Source: Candidatus Poribacteria bacterium
Lineage (GTDB): Bacteria > Poribacteria > WGA-4E > WGA-3G
DNA: 64,000 bases
NCBI GenBank assembly: GCA_965197475.1
Contig: CBDANF010000003.1
Location: forward strand, 3,456,001 to 3,520,000
Direction of reading: 5' to 3'
Made by a program: the position numbers and the translations under genes. How positions within the stretch are numbered: position 1 is the first letter of the stretch; every line of letters begins with the position of its first letter. Positions 42,069 to 52,820 of the stretch are shown in pieces. The notes under the pieces were generated by a model. The model saw only the letters and a program-made list of their open reading frames with translations. It did no database searches and had not been told where the DNA came from.

Positions 42069-42950
42069 ATGGATTTAATCAAGGTTATGGAGAGATTCCC
42101 AGACCAGTCATCCTGTATTGAGTATCTTGAGAAGATACGATGGAAAGGTAAGCCTCATTGCCCACATTGTGGGATTACCGATGTTTTCAGGCGTAATGAG
42201 ACGGCAACTGGTCGGATTGGTCGTTGGAATTGTAATGGTTGTAAGGCAACCTTCAAGGTTACTCAAGGCACAGTGTTTCACGGGGCTAAGATCGCACTTC
42301 AAAAGTGGTTTCTGGCTATTTCACTAATGGGAAACGCAAAGAAGAGCTTGTCCAGTTATCAGTTGAGTCGTGATTTAGACCTGAATCAGAAGACGGCTTG
42401 GTTTATGATGCAACGCATTCGTGCTGAAATGGCTACTAAAGGTCAAACTCTGCTGAAGGGTATTATTGAGGCAGATGAGACTTATATAGGGGGCAAACCT
42501 CGGAAAAAGAACAAGCGCGAGGACGATGAACCCGCCAAAAGAGGAAGGGGAACATCAAAATCCGCTATTCTTGGCGCAGTTGAGCGTGGAGGTAAGGTAG
42601 TAGCTAAACTTGCTGATGATTTAACGGGAAGGGGTATCCTGGCGTTTATTCGGGATGCTGTCAAAATAGATGAATCCGAACTGATAACCGATGAATATGC
42701 TGCTTACAATGAGATCGGAAAGCAGATAAAACATCGGGTTATCAATCACAAAGAACAGTTCGCTGATGGGGATACCCACACGAACACTATTGAAGGTTTT
42801 TGGGCGTTGTTGAAACGCGCATGGTATGGACAGCATCACCACTACTCTACTGGGTATATCCCGCTATATGTGGCTGAGGCTTGCTATAAATATAACTACC
42901 GGAATGTGGATAGCATATTCTGGAAATTTGTTAATGAAAGTATGAGGTGA
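42069..42950 (+). CDS. IS1595-family transposase
   Basis: Zn ribbon CPHC..CNGC, IEADETYIGG, ITDEYAAY, HTNTIEGFW; RBS AGGAG before ATG 42069. Confidence 0.93.
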   Translation: MDLIKVMERFPDQSSCIEYLEKIRWKGKPHCPHCGITDVFRRNETATGRIGRWNCNGCKATFKVTQGTVFHGAKIALQKWFLAISLMGNAKKSLSSYQLSRDLDLNQKTAWFMMQRIRAEMATKGQTLLKGIIEADETYIGGKPRKKNKREDDEPAKRGRGTSKSAILGAVERGGKVVAKLADDLTGRGILAFIRDAVKIDESELITDEYAAYNEIGKQIKHRVINHKEQFADGDTHTNTIEGFWALLKRAWYGQHHHYSTGYIPLYVAEACYKYNYRNVDSIFWKFVNESMR

Positions 42951-43092
42951 AAAAATGACTAAAGAAAAACAAGTCTGCCAAGAATGTGGAAACAAAAAGG
43001 CCCGCCTACCTGTAAAAAAAAACAGATGGTAGACCTATTGAACCAATTAAAGCAATATGGAATGGAAGATTTAGGGAATATATCCGAAAAAA

Positions 43093-43377
43093 TTAAGTGT
43101 TCGTCCGAGCAACCCTAATCATATCGTCTAAAGTTTCTATTGATACTTTTAAATCTGAGATGATATTTTGTATATCAGTTTGGAGATTTGGTGGAATTGC
43201 ACCGCTTTCAACGATCAAACAGCATTTACAAAGTGGTCGAATCTGTAAGGCACGGACATCTTTGGGGTTAATTTCTAATGCTGTTTCTACATAAGCGAGG
43301 GCATCAACAAAATTACCTGTTCTGAATTCATTGAGGCTAAGTCGGATTAACTCAGCTGCTTGTCTGGTGGATTTCAT
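43093..43377 (-). CDS. Small TPR-like passenger protein
   Basis: GNFVDALAYVETALEINPKD; start revised to ATG 43377. Confidence 0.55.
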   Translation of the reverse strand: MKSTRQAAELIRLSLNEFRTGNFVDALAYVETALEINPKDVRALQIRPLCKCCLIVESGAIPPNLQTDIQNIISDLKVSIETLDDMIRVARTNT

Positions 43378-43388
43378 GGTTTTCTTCC

Positions 43389-43676
43389 CTATTTGTTGGC
43401 ATGTTCGATTATAAACACGCCAAACTGATGTCGGATTTCTTTTGGCATTGAAGTGTCGAGGGTAGTCCACCCGAATTCTTGATTGGAAAGAACCCAATTT
43501 CTTAAATCTGAAGTGAGTGGATACAGGAAATGTTCGTTTTCAATAGCATTAACATACATTTTCCACATCTTTTTAGTATGTTCATCGCTTGATTGATCCA
43601 TCTTTTCTTTGTCAGCTCGAAGATGTGTTACCATAAAAAATACTACGATGATAACAAAGACACTGAAAATTATCAT
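43389..43676 (-). CDS. Membrane-anchored passenger protein
   Basis: N-terminal hydrophobic helix; AAGGGG RBS-like site. Confidence 0.55.
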   Translation of the reverse strand: MIIFSVFVIIVVFFMVTHLRADKEKMDQSSDEHTKKMWKMYVNAIENEHFLYPLTSDLRNWVLSNQEFGWTTLDTSMPKEIRHQFGVFIIEHANK

Positions 43677-43931
43677 ATTGTACCCCTTAAATTGTAGGTT
43701 TGGTCATCCAGTAAATCCCAACTTCTCCACAAAAGAAGTGGGCATCCCTGGTGACCAAACCATAACACCTAACTTACATTAGATATGGGATACCCATAGT
43801 CCAATGGTGTTATAGTTTGGTCTGTTAAGAATTCTACAATTTTAAGAAGGGGAATGTCAAGTTAAAGGTGGGAATTTTGAAAAAAGTGGAGAAAAAAATG
43901 AGAAATCTAATGTCCGAAACTACTTATTCCG

Positions 43932-44160
43932 AAAACTTTTGACACCACGAACGAGATGCCTCAAATACACGAAACTCCACTTCTTCTAACGGTATACACG
44001 GATCGGAAAACATCTCTCCCGCAAAATCGTTGAATTCTTCTACAAACTTCTGAAATACGCCTTCAAACGCTTTGACTTCACAACGCTCTAATGATATACT
44101 AAACATCGGTATCCTCTCCTATTTTGTTCATAATTTATTAGGATAGGATACCATTTTTGG
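43932..44160 (-). pseudogene. Second, truncated copy of the 5' end of the ISKra4-like transposase
   Basis: Near-identical to about 41170-41399; a TIR-like AAAACTTTACACACC lies at about 44300. Confidence 0.9.
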
Positions 44161-44464
44161 CATTAACCATTCCCTTTCTCTTGTAGGAGGGGTTTTCAAC
44201 CCCGATTTCCAATATATCAAGCGCGCATTTGCCATTGATTTGACACCAAGTTTCCCAAAATCCGCGCAATCCGTGTAATCCGAGATTTAGAAATTGACAA
44301 AAACTTTACACACCGTTTTCGGTTTTTTGTGCGTTTTAATCGTAAAGTCGCGACCGGGAGGTCGCTCCTACAGAGGAGGGCCTTGAGCAGAAGGTTGCAA
44401 CTACTGGAGAATTGAATGGCTCTGGAAATCGCTTTTAGATGATATTCGCACCTTATTTGAACCC

Positions 44465-44650
44465 GTGCCATCAGCAAGAACAGCATCCGGACAGACTGAA
44501 GCACTCAAAAAGACACACGCTGCTCTCGGCGCACATATAGACACTCACGAAACATTTGAAAAAGGACACGGTTGGATACAAACACGCACGCTTACTGCCA
44601 GCACCGCTCTCACAGACTATTTGGCATGCCCGGGGCTTGCACAAGGAAAT
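44465..44650 (+). pseudogene. ISAs1-family transposase remnant
   Basis: ETFEKGHGWIQTRTLT resembles the ISAs1 EK.HGRIE.R motif. Confidence 0.6.
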
Positions 44651-44830
44651 AGCATATTCACTCCGATATTTTGCCGCACATCCAGAGCAAGTACTCAAAC
44701 TCATCGGGATAGATACCGAAAATTGAATGGTTCTGAAGGAGATAGATTTTTAGTTGCAATTCCCGAGTAGATGTGTTAAAATTGTATATGTGTAAAGTCT
44801 GAATGCCTTGCTTGTAGGAGGACAGGGCGA

Positions 44831-45343
44831 GTGGATGTCACTGTTTTGGTACTAAACGCAAGCTATGAAGCAATCAATGTTTGCAACCTCAGACGCGCCT
44901 TGAAGATGGTTTTCAAGGGGACTGCTCAGACAGAAGAAGTGTCTGACTCGGAAATAAGGTCACCATCGTCTGTCGTTAAAGTACCGCACGTTATTCGTTT
45001 GGTAAACTACGTTCATGTTCCGCGTAGTGTGGTCAAGTTTTCTCGTAAAAATGTCCTCGCGCGCGATCAACATACGTGTCAGTATTGCCTACGAGAACTT
45101 TCTGCCTCTCTGCTTACACTTGACCATGTTGTGCCTATTTCAAAGGGCGGAAAAACAACATGGGAAAACGTTGTGACTGCTTGCAAAAAGTGCAACAACA
45201 AAAAAGGCAGTCGGATGCTTCATGAGACGCAATTCAAGCTGAAACGTCTACCGAAAACGCCTTCAATCTTAACGTATTTGCAACTCAACCGTCATTTTCG
45301 GGGTTATCATCCGTCATGGAAAAAGTACCTTTACATTAACTAA
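44831..45343 (+). CDS. HNH endonuclease (McrA-like)
   Basis: VLVLNASYE, RDQHTCQYC, DHVVP.SKGG...WENVVTACKKCN. Confidence 0.92.
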   Translation: MDVTVLVLNASYEAINVCNLRRALKMVFKGTAQTEEVSDSEIRSPSSVVKVPHVIRLVNYVHVPRSVVKFSRKNVLARDQHTCQYCLRELSASLLTLDHVVPISKGGKTTWENVVTACKKCNNKKGSRMLHETQFKLKRLPKTPSILTYLQLNRHFRGYHPSWKKYLYIN

Positions 45344-45363
45344 ATCTGAACAAGTCTTAACGT

Positions 45364-45726
45364 ATGCCGTATCAACCACATCCGGAAAGGCTTAAAAAGT
45401 CTTGGGAATTTCAGAGAGCATATAAAAAGGGTAAAAAGTACTGGGATACCTACTTCGTTATTTATGTCTACCACACGCAAATCAGTCAACCCCGTTTAGG
45501 AATAACAGTTAGTAAAAAAGTTGGTAACAGTGTTCAGAGAAACCGTGTAAAACGGCTCATTCGTGAGGCGTTTCGGACGCTTAAGCTTGAACTGCCCCCT
45601 CAGTACGATATTGTGGTTGTCGGCAGGAAAGCTGCCTACGGTCTTTCAGGACAGCAAGCTAAAGAAAGTTTGCACAAATTGTTCCGTAGAGCATCAATCT
45701 TGACGATCAAAGAAACAGGCTTATAG
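45364..45726 (+). CDS. rnpA: Ribonuclease P protein component
   Basis: RLGITVSKKVGNSVQRNRVKRLIRE. Confidence 0.97.
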   Translation: MPYQPHPERLKKSWEFQRAYKKGKKYWDTYFVIYVYHTQISQPRLGITVSKKVGNSVQRNRVKRLIREAFRTLKLELPPQYDIVVVGRKAAYGLSGQQAKESLHKLFRRASILTIKETGL

Positions 45727-45840
45727 ACACACTTGACAGCATAGAGATTTGTGAAAAGCGGATGGAGTCGAATTACTGTTAAGAGGAAGTCCATTAGGTC
45801 TAAAAAACACATCCTGCCAGTGCGATGATGTGAAAGAAAA

Positions 45841-46050
45841 ATGAGCCAATTAATCCTTTACGCTATCCGCGGATATCGTCGCTTTATCTCTCCACTTTTT
45901 CCTCCAACGTGTCGTTTTCATCCGACTTGTTCACATTACGCACAGCAAGCCTTAGAGCGGTATGGGACCTTCAAAGGCATCTGGTTAACGCTAAGACGAT
46001 TGGTAAAATGCCATCCCTATCACCCAGGGGGTTTTGACCCGCTTCAGTAA
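45841..46050 (+). CDS. yidD: Membrane protein insertion efficiency factor
   Basis: YRRFISP...[10 protein letters not shown]...[11 protein letters not shown]. Confidence 0.97.
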   Translation: MSQLILYAIRGYRRFISPLFPPTCRFHPTCSHYAQQALERYGTFKGIWLTLRRLVKCHPYHPGGFDPLQ

Positions 46051-46139
46051 CAAAAACACTGATCTTATGTTCACATTCAATGTATGGTGAATCACAAAAA
46101 CTTCCCGCTATAACCAGAAAGAGGAGTATTTAAATTTAA

Positions 46140-47993
46140 ATGGGAGCCCGCTATATTCTTGCACTCGTTCTAATGATTGCAGTCATGATTGCATGGAGCA
46201 TGATATTTCGCAAAAGTTTTACGCCTGAACAGAACGAAGTCCCAATTACTGAACAAACACCCCAAGGTGACACACCCGATACTGATATCGGAGAAATGGG
46301 AGATGATCCCACTGATGCGGATTCTCTGGCTACGCCAGAGGATAATCCCGACGATCCACAGGTACGTGTCAGAACGAATACTTACGATATTACTTTTAAC
46401 GAGAGATTGGCAATAGTTAAGAAATGGGAATTAGTAGAAAAGAATGAAAGTGGAAATCTACGTTTCCCTGACAGATCTAATCTATCAGAAGACCTGCCGT
46501 TGAACCTTATTCCTGAGACAGCACTTAACTGTCTTGCCCTTCGGTTGGGAAATACAAATCTGCAGCTTGATTTACTTCGTGCCATCTGGAAGGCGGACAA
46601 GCCACAAGGAATTCAACTCTCAGATACAAAAGAGAAGGGGACACTTACCTTTACGACTACGATAGGAGAGCAATTGAAGGTTGCCAAACAATTTACCTTT
46701 TATAACGACGATAGTTATACGGTTGATTTGGCGATAAAGTTTGAAAACGTTTCAGATGGTTCTGTACCGTTGCAAATTGGCGGAAATGAAAACGCGAATG
46801 GCTACGAACTCCGTTGGGGACCAGGGATTAATGCTGACCTGCTCGTACACGAAAAAAAGGCAAGAAAACCTGGACGCCGTGGTGCTGAAGGTGCTAGAAC
46901 TTATATTGGTACAGGAAAACCAATACGCGAACTGAAAGATGAGGTTGCGTTTGAAACTGTACTTTGGGCGGGGCTTAATAGCCAATACTTTAGTGCAATA
47001 ATGATTCCCGATCCGCAAATCAAGGCTACCTATAGACTGCATAATGCAGCTGTAAATGAAACAAGAGATATTCTCGTTACAGCACCTACAGAGACTGCTG
47101 TATTGACAATTCCAAGTTTCAAACTAAATTCTCAGCAAGAACAAACCCATGTTTTTCGACTTTACATTGGTCCCAAAGATGACGCACTTCTGAAGAAGAT
47201 CACTGCACCAAATGGCTCGGAAACCCCGATCAACCTACACAAGGTCATTGATTTCGGTATTTTCGGACCCTTGGCTTGGGGAATGCTTTGGTTAGTCAAG
47301 GTGTTGTACAGTGTCTTTCGGAACTATGGGGTAGCGATTATCCTTTTAACTGCGTTAGTTAAGGTAATTTCTTTTCCACTCACCCGTAAAGCACATGTTT
47401 CAATGAAGAAGATGCAGCAACTTCAGCCGCAATTGACCGAATTAAAAGAAAAATATCGAGACGATCCCCAAAAACTGAACAAAGCAACAATGCGTATTTA
47501 CAAAGAAAACGGTGTGAACCCGTTGAGCGGATGTATCCCTTGGATTCCGCAGCTTCCTATTTTCTGGGCATTATTTGCACTGCTTGGAAGTGCGGTTGAA
47601 TTGCGAGGCGCGCCTTTCTTCCTGTGGATTAATGATCTCTCGGCACCGGATACATTGATTTCGCTTCCGTTTACGATTCCACTAATTTCCCGCTTTATAT
47701 ATATAGACGCTATCCGATTTTTGCCTATCTTGAACGGACTAACAACTTGGCTTCAGCAGAAATTTGTCGGTGGTATGTCAGCGACACCGGCTACGACTAC
47801 TACACAAGCGAAAATCATGCAGTTTATGCCGCTTATCTTCATTTTCATTTTTTATAACTGGGCTTCTGGATTTGTGTTATATTGGTTATGTAATAATGTC
47901 TTTACTGTTGCTCAACAATATATACAAACAAAATATTTCCATGATGGCGAACCCGAAAATCAGGAAAACACCTCAAAACGCAAACCTAATTAA
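46140..47993 (+). CDS. yidC: Membrane protein insertase YidC
   Basis: NYGVAIILLT, GVNPLSGC.P, ELRGAPF.LWINDLSAPD, LYW..NN. Confidence 0.97.
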   Translation: MGARYILALVLMIAVMIAWSMIFRKSFTPEQNEVPITEQTPQGDTPDTDIGEMGDDPTDADSLATPEDNPDDPQVRVRTNTYDITFNERLAIVKKWELVEKNESGNLRFPDRSNLSEDLPLNLIPETALNCLALRLGNTNLQLDLLRAIWKADKPQGIQLSDTKEKGTLTFTTTIGEQLKVAKQFTFYNDDSYTVDLAIKFENVSDGSVPLQIGGNENANGYELRWGPGINADLLVHEKKARKPGRRGAEGARTYIGTGKPIRELKDEVAFETVLWAGLNSQYFSAIMIPDPQIKATYRLHNAAVNETRDILVTAPTETAVLTIPSFKLNSQQEQTHVFRLYIGPKDDALLKKITAPNGSETPINLHKVIDFGIFGPLAWGMLWLVKVLYSVFRNYGVAIILLTALVKVISFPLTRKAHVSMKKMQQLQPQLTELKEKYRDDPQKLNKATMRIYKENGVNPLSGCIPWIPQLPIFWALFALLGSAVELRGAPFFLWINDLSAPDTLISLPFTIPLISRFIYIDAIRFLPILNGLTTWLQQKFVGGMSATPATTTTQAKIMQFMPLIFIFIFYNWASGFVLYWLCNNVFTVAQQYIQTKYFHDGEPENQENTSKRKPN

Positions 47994-48006
47994 GGAGTAC
48001 TGCCAC

Positions 48007-48633
48007 TTGCAAAACTATATTGAAACTGAAGCAGAAACTGTCGAAGAGGCAATCGAAATTGCACTCACGCAGCTTGAAGCGACGCGCGAACAAGTCAGCA
48101 TATTAATTATTAACGAACCGACTAAAGGGATTTTGAGTTTTGGTGCGAAACCCGCCAAAATCCGAGCTACGCTTAAGGAAGATATTGCGACTGCTCCTGA
48201 AACCGTTTTGAAGGAAATCCTCACCCGGATGGACATTGGTGGTGAAGTTGAATCTAACTTTATTGAAGGAAGTCTGCACCTCAACATGGTTACTGATTCG
48301 CCAGCACTACTTATCGGCAAGCATGGGCAAACGCTTGATGCTATGGAACGTATCCTCAATTGTATCATCAATAAAAACGCACTCGCTAAGAAAAAGGTGT
48401 TTGTCAATACCGAAGGATACCGCGAACGGAAAGAGCATATGCTCACAGAACTTGCGCATCAAGTTGCCGCAAAAGTCAAACGGACGCGTCAGGATGTCGT
48501 TCTCGCGCCAATGTCTGCCAAGGATCGTCGCGTAATTCATCTTACCTTACAATCAGATGAAAATGTTTCAACATTTAGCCAAGGAGAAGGTGATATGCGG
48601 CGCGTTGTGATTACAAGACAAGACAACTATTGA
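48007..48633 (+). CDS. jag: RNA-binding protein Jag/EloR (KH + R3H)
   Basis: TTG start after AAGGAG; LLIGKHGQTLDA, RRVIH, SQGEG..RRVVI. Confidence 0.93.
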   Translation: MQNYIETEAETVEEAIEIALTQLEATREQVSILIINEPTKGILSFGAKPAKIRATLKEDIATAPETVLKEILTRMDIGGEVESNFIEGSLHLNMVTDSPALLIGKHGQTLDAMERILNCIINKNALAKKKVFVNTEGYRERKEHMLTELAHQVAAKVKRTRQDVVLAPMSAKDRRVIHLTLQSDENVSTFSQGEGDMRRVVITRQDNY

Positions 48634-48735
48634 CCCATAGATATACGACCAACCTTGTGACACACCAAATCAACGAGGCGGCTACCGATCCCCTGGGTGA
48701 CCTTGCCTTGCATCTATAAGAACGGGGATTGCAAT

Positions 48736-50124
48736 ATGAAATTTGACGATACCATCGCCGCCATTGCAACACCGCGAGGCGAAGGAGGCATCGGGATAGT
48801 ACGCGTCAGCGGTCCGCTTGCAATTCCGATTGCTTCTCAGTTGTTTCGTCCCTCACGTGCGGTTCTACCCGCCGAACTCCCATCGCATACACTCACATAC
48901 GGGCATATTATAGATACTTCCGCATCCGATGAAGTCATTGACGAAGTGATGCTCGGTGTTATGCGTGCTCCGAAAACATATACCACTGAAGACATTGTTG
49001 AATTTAACTGCCATGGCGGGATTGTTACCCTGACAACCGTGTTAGATTTGGTTGTAAAGACAGGCGCAAGACTTGCTGAACCGGGCGAATTTACTAAACG
49101 CGCGTTTCTAAACGGTAGACTTGATCTTGCACAAGCTGAAGCCGTAGCAGAACTTATCAGCTCAAAAACAGAACTCAGTCGTAAAATCGCAATTCAGGCA
49201 CTTGAAGGTAAACTCTCTGAAAATGTAAATAACCTCAGTGATAGACTTGCATCCTTGTTGGCAGAAATTGAAGCATCCATAGATTTTCCAGATGAAGACC
49301 TGGATTTTATGAAGGTAGAAACACAGCTTCATACTGCCCGCGCTGTTAAGGCAGATTTAGTGCACTTACTTCAAACTGCTTCAGAAGGAAGGCTTATCAA
49401 GGAGGGGGTCAACGTTGCCATTTTAGGCAAACCGAATGTCGGAAAATCAAGTCTATTTAACGCACTTGTTCGGTCTGCGCGTGCCATTGTCACAGACATC
49501 CCCGGCACAACACGCGACACGATTGATGAATCCATCAACCTTGGTGGTATTCCGATAAATCTCATTGATACCGCAGGGCTACGACAGACAGACGACATTG
49601 TTGAAAAACAAGGTGTCCAAAGAAGTAGAGATGTTCTCAATAAAGCGGAATTTCGGCTGCTAATGTTCGACGCATCGCAACCCTTAAATGAAGCAGATAT
49701 TGAGCTTTTACAGGTAACGAATTCGCACCGTGCAATTCTGATTCTAAATAAAATTGATCTCCCCAATATCACACAAACACAGGCATTAACTAACCATTGT
49801 CCAAAGGCGCGTGTTGTTCAAACAGCAATTACCGAAGGAAAAGGGATTGATGCACTGAAAACTGCTATCTATGAAGAGCTGCTTGGTGGAAAATTCGTCA
49901 TGGGCGAATCTCCGATTATTACCAATGCTCGCCATCACGATGCACTACGCCGCGCACAAGAAGCTCTTGATGATGTAATAGCGAGCTTAGAAAATGAGAT
50001 GCCGCCTGATCTCGTTTCTGTTGACCTGCGTATCAGTCTTGATGCCCTCGGTGACATCGTAGGCAAAACAACTACTGAAGATATCCTGGATCGGATTTTC
50101 TCACAGTTCTGCGTTGGCAAATAA
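48736..50124 (+). CDS. mnmE: tRNA modification GTPase MnmE
   Basis: DTIAAIATP, GKPNVGKSS, GTTRD, DTAG, FCVGK. Confidence 0.98.
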   Translation: MKFDDTIAAIATPRGEGGIGIVRVSGPLAIPIASQLFRPSRAVLPAELPSHTLTYGHIIDTSASDEVIDEVMLGVMRAPKTYTTEDIVEFNCHGGIVTLTTVLDLVVKTGARLAEPGEFTKRAFLNGRLDLAQAEAVAELISSKTELSRKIAIQALEGKLSENVNNLSDRLASLLAEIEASIDFPDEDLDFMKVETQLHTARAVKADLVHLLQTASEGRLIKEGVNVAILGKPNVGKSSLFNALVRSARAIVTDIPGTTRDTIDESINLGGIPINLIDTAGLRQTDDIVEKQGVQRSRDVLNKAEFRLLMFDASQPLNEADIELLQVTNSHRAILILNKIDLPNITQTQALTNHCPKARVVQTAITEGKGIDALKTAIYEELLGGKFVMGESPIITNARHHDALRRAQEALDDVIASLENEMPPDLVSVDLRISLDALGDIVGKTTTEDILDRIFSQFCVGK

Positions 50125-50559
50125 CAAAATTTCGTGGTGTTACGTTTGTCATACTTACAAACATGTTATAATGTTATAGTAAATGCGCCCTTTATTCACA
50201 CACGGCGTGTTTTTATAATAAATCCACTGATATTTCTTACAATCGTGCAGTACCTAATAACAATCAACATAAAAAGGTATAACGCCATGAAATGTGATTT
50301 GTTTGTAGATTTTCTTGACTTTTAGCGCATGAGATACCATCTTAATTAGTAAAACTCATACCTAATTACGCATTAGGAGGTTATCTCACGCAACAACATC
50401 TTATCATATCTACAACCTTTTTCAACGGCTTCTATATTCAATTCTCCAGTAGTTGCTAAATGGTTCACTCGGTAAGTATTTAAGTTATGTTTTCCATGTT
50501 GGTGTCATAGGCACCTAACTTGTATCACGGTTGCTGTTGTGGCATTTTCTTCCATTCGT

Positions 50560-50925
50560 ATGGGTGCTTGTAGGCATTCCACCAACTCACCGCACCGTTG
50601 AGCGCATCCGTGAGTTCATCAAGCGTCTCAAACCTTCTGCCTTTGAGTTGCCAGAGACCTCAACTGTTTCCACTACGGTTCTATCAGATTCAACCAACAC
50701 GCATATTTCGGAATAAACTGCACTCACACCTCCGGCCACGCCAAGAGTGCCGTCTTGACATCACGACTATGATGCGTCGAAAGATTATCTTCAATCAGCA
50801 ACCACTTCTCGCAAGGAAACTTCTCTATCACTTTCTCAATGAGTTGAATATGACTCGCAGTATCTCTACGCGGCGAAATCACGATCTCCGCTTGACCGGT
50901 TGCCGGTTCAAACGCATCATGCACC
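50560..50925 (-). pseudogene. IS630-family transposase remnant
   Basis: LIEDNLSTH...(stop)VQFIPKYACWLNLIEPWW. Confidence 0.75.
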
Positions 50926-51515
50926 ATAAGCGTCAATTTAGAGTGCCATATATGCTTGTGGGAGGTGTTTTCAACGCCGATAACAAATCGGGCGGACAAG
51001 GTTTCCCTCCCACAGTGTTGGTGCGCTTTGGAAGCGCGCTTGTTTGGATCGCGGATTGTTGTAGCACAAACTTTTGAAGTTTAAGTATTTAAATCGGTAA
51101 TCCCGATTTCCCCATGTTCTGTAGGTTTTTGTGGGTAAAGTTCGCTGAAATGGTGAATTATGTTCAACATTTACAATAAATCGAATTCACGTTATACGCA
51201 GGCATTTACAGGATGATACAGAAACAGAGTAAATCGTTTGCACTTACTACCAACTTCTGATAAAATTATAAGCAACAGGAGTGTTAAACATGTCATGAAA
51301 ACACCACAATCTACAAACGCAACCAGTAAAAACAAAAGCAACGTCTCACCTTTCCAACCTATGACGAAGGAGACATCCTTAACTTGGATGCTGTCATAAT
51401 TATACCACTGCCTCAACAATCTGGAACAATACGGGTAAAGTTGATATATGAAGAACCGAGCAAACCAATTCCGGTTGAAAATCCTTGTGAAGAATAGGAT
51501 AGGAGTAGAACACGC

Positions 51516-52820
51516 ATGCCAGAAGAAAATATCTCAGGCATTACCAAGATAGCTGTAAAGGGTTTCAAGTCAATAGCGGAGGAATGTGAAATTGACATCC
51601 GTCCATTGACGATCCTTGCTGGTGCGAACAGTTCGGGGAAATCCAGTATCATGCAACCACTACTGATGCTGAAGCAGACCCTGGAGGCACCCTATGATCC
51701 GGGACCGCTGCTGATTGATGGACCAAACGTTCAATTTACGGAGACAGCGCAATTTCTGTCCACTTTACCTGACGAAAAGGGAACAGATCAATTTCAGATA
51801 CAGATTAAGACTCGTGACTCTGATTTTGCCCACTCGGTGGAGACAACTTTCAGAAATGGACAGATCGGGTTTAAAATTGTCGAAATGACGGTTGAAGTAA
51901 AACAAATTACCAAAACATTATCTTTCAAACATTTTACCCTATATCCTGAAATGTCGGTTGAAGAAATCAGGGCACTAGGGGACCAAGGTCCAGTGCGAAA
52001 CGATTTTAACGCAGTGAAACGTTCACGCTGTTTTTTGTGTTTTGAATCTAAAGATGGTGATCGTCTCTTCAACGTCACCTACAATTCTGTTGAATCCTAC
52101 ATTTTCAACGCTATTCACCTTCCCGGATTACGCGGCAATCCTGAACGTATCTATAAATTGAGCAGCACTGGTCCTCGGTATCCTGGCACGTTTGAAAATT
52201 ACGCGGCAAGTGTCATTCACGAATGGCAAGAAACGGCAGATGAACGCCTGAAACAAGTAGCAGATACCCTTCATACGCTTGGACTGACAGGAAAAGTCAG
52301 TGCCCAAAAAATTGGGGATGTCGGTATTGAACTTCAGGTTGGTCGTATTCCTCGCTATAGAACTGATAATCCTGACATGGTAAGCATTGCCGACGTGGGA
52401 TTCGGTGTATCTCAAGTCCTACCTGTTTTAGTGGCACTGATTGCTGCAGAACCGGGGCGACTGGTTTATATTGAACAACCGGAGCTGCACCTACATCCTA
52501 ACGCACAAGTCGCGTTAGCACAAGTGCTGGCAGATGCAGCAAAACGTGGGGTGCGTGTCGTTGCTGAAACGCACAGTTCACTACTGCTTTTAGGAGTTCA
52601 AACGCTTGTCGCAGAAGGAAAACTCTCCCCCGATTTGGTCAAACTGCACTGGTTTTCACGGAACGAAGATGGTATTACCGAGGTTGACAGTGTTGACCTG
52701 GACGAAGCGGGAACTTACGGTAAGTGGTCCGTAGATTTTGATGATGTCAGCCTCAACGCACAGAGTCGTTTTCTTGATGCTGTTGACAACGTTAGATTTG
52801 GCAAAATGGAGACTTCGTGA
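51516..52820 (+). CDS. ABC-type AAA ATPase (AAA_15/21, DUF3696-like C-terminus)
   Basis: GANSSGKSS, VGFGVSQVLP, IEQPELHLHP, ETHS. Confidence 0.9.
   Translation: MPEENISGITKIAVKGFKSIAEECEIDIRPLTILAGANSSGKSSIMQPLLMLKQTLEAPYDPGPLLIDGPNVQFTETAQFLSTLPDEKGTDQFQIQIKTRDSDFAHSVETTFRNGQIGFKIVEMTVEVKQITKTLSFKHFTLYPEMSVEEIRALGDQGPVRNDFNAVKRSRCFLCFESKDGDRLFNVTYNSVESYIFNAIHLPGLRGNPERIYKLSSTGPRYPGTFENYAASVIHEWQETADERLKQVADTLHTLGLTGKVSAQKIGDVGIELQVGRIPRYRTDNPDMVSIADVGFGVSQVLPVLVALIAAEPGRLVYIEQPELHLHPNAQVALAQVLADAAKRGVRVVAETHSSLLLLGVQTLVAEGKLSPDLVKLHWFSRNEDGITEVDSVDLDEAGTYGKWSVDFDDVSLNAQSRFLDAVDNVRFGKMETS

Larger units (their letters stand above)
41461..43932 (+). mobile_element. IS1595-family element with passenger genes
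   Basis: ~27-bp TIRs TCGGAATAAGTAGTTT(T/C)GGACAT(A/T)AGA; no matching TSD. Confidence 0.85.

Noticed and set aside
50125-50370. oriC after mnmE
   Set aside because: Only one DnaA-box match (TTATTCACA, ~50192), no cluster and no dnaA nearby.
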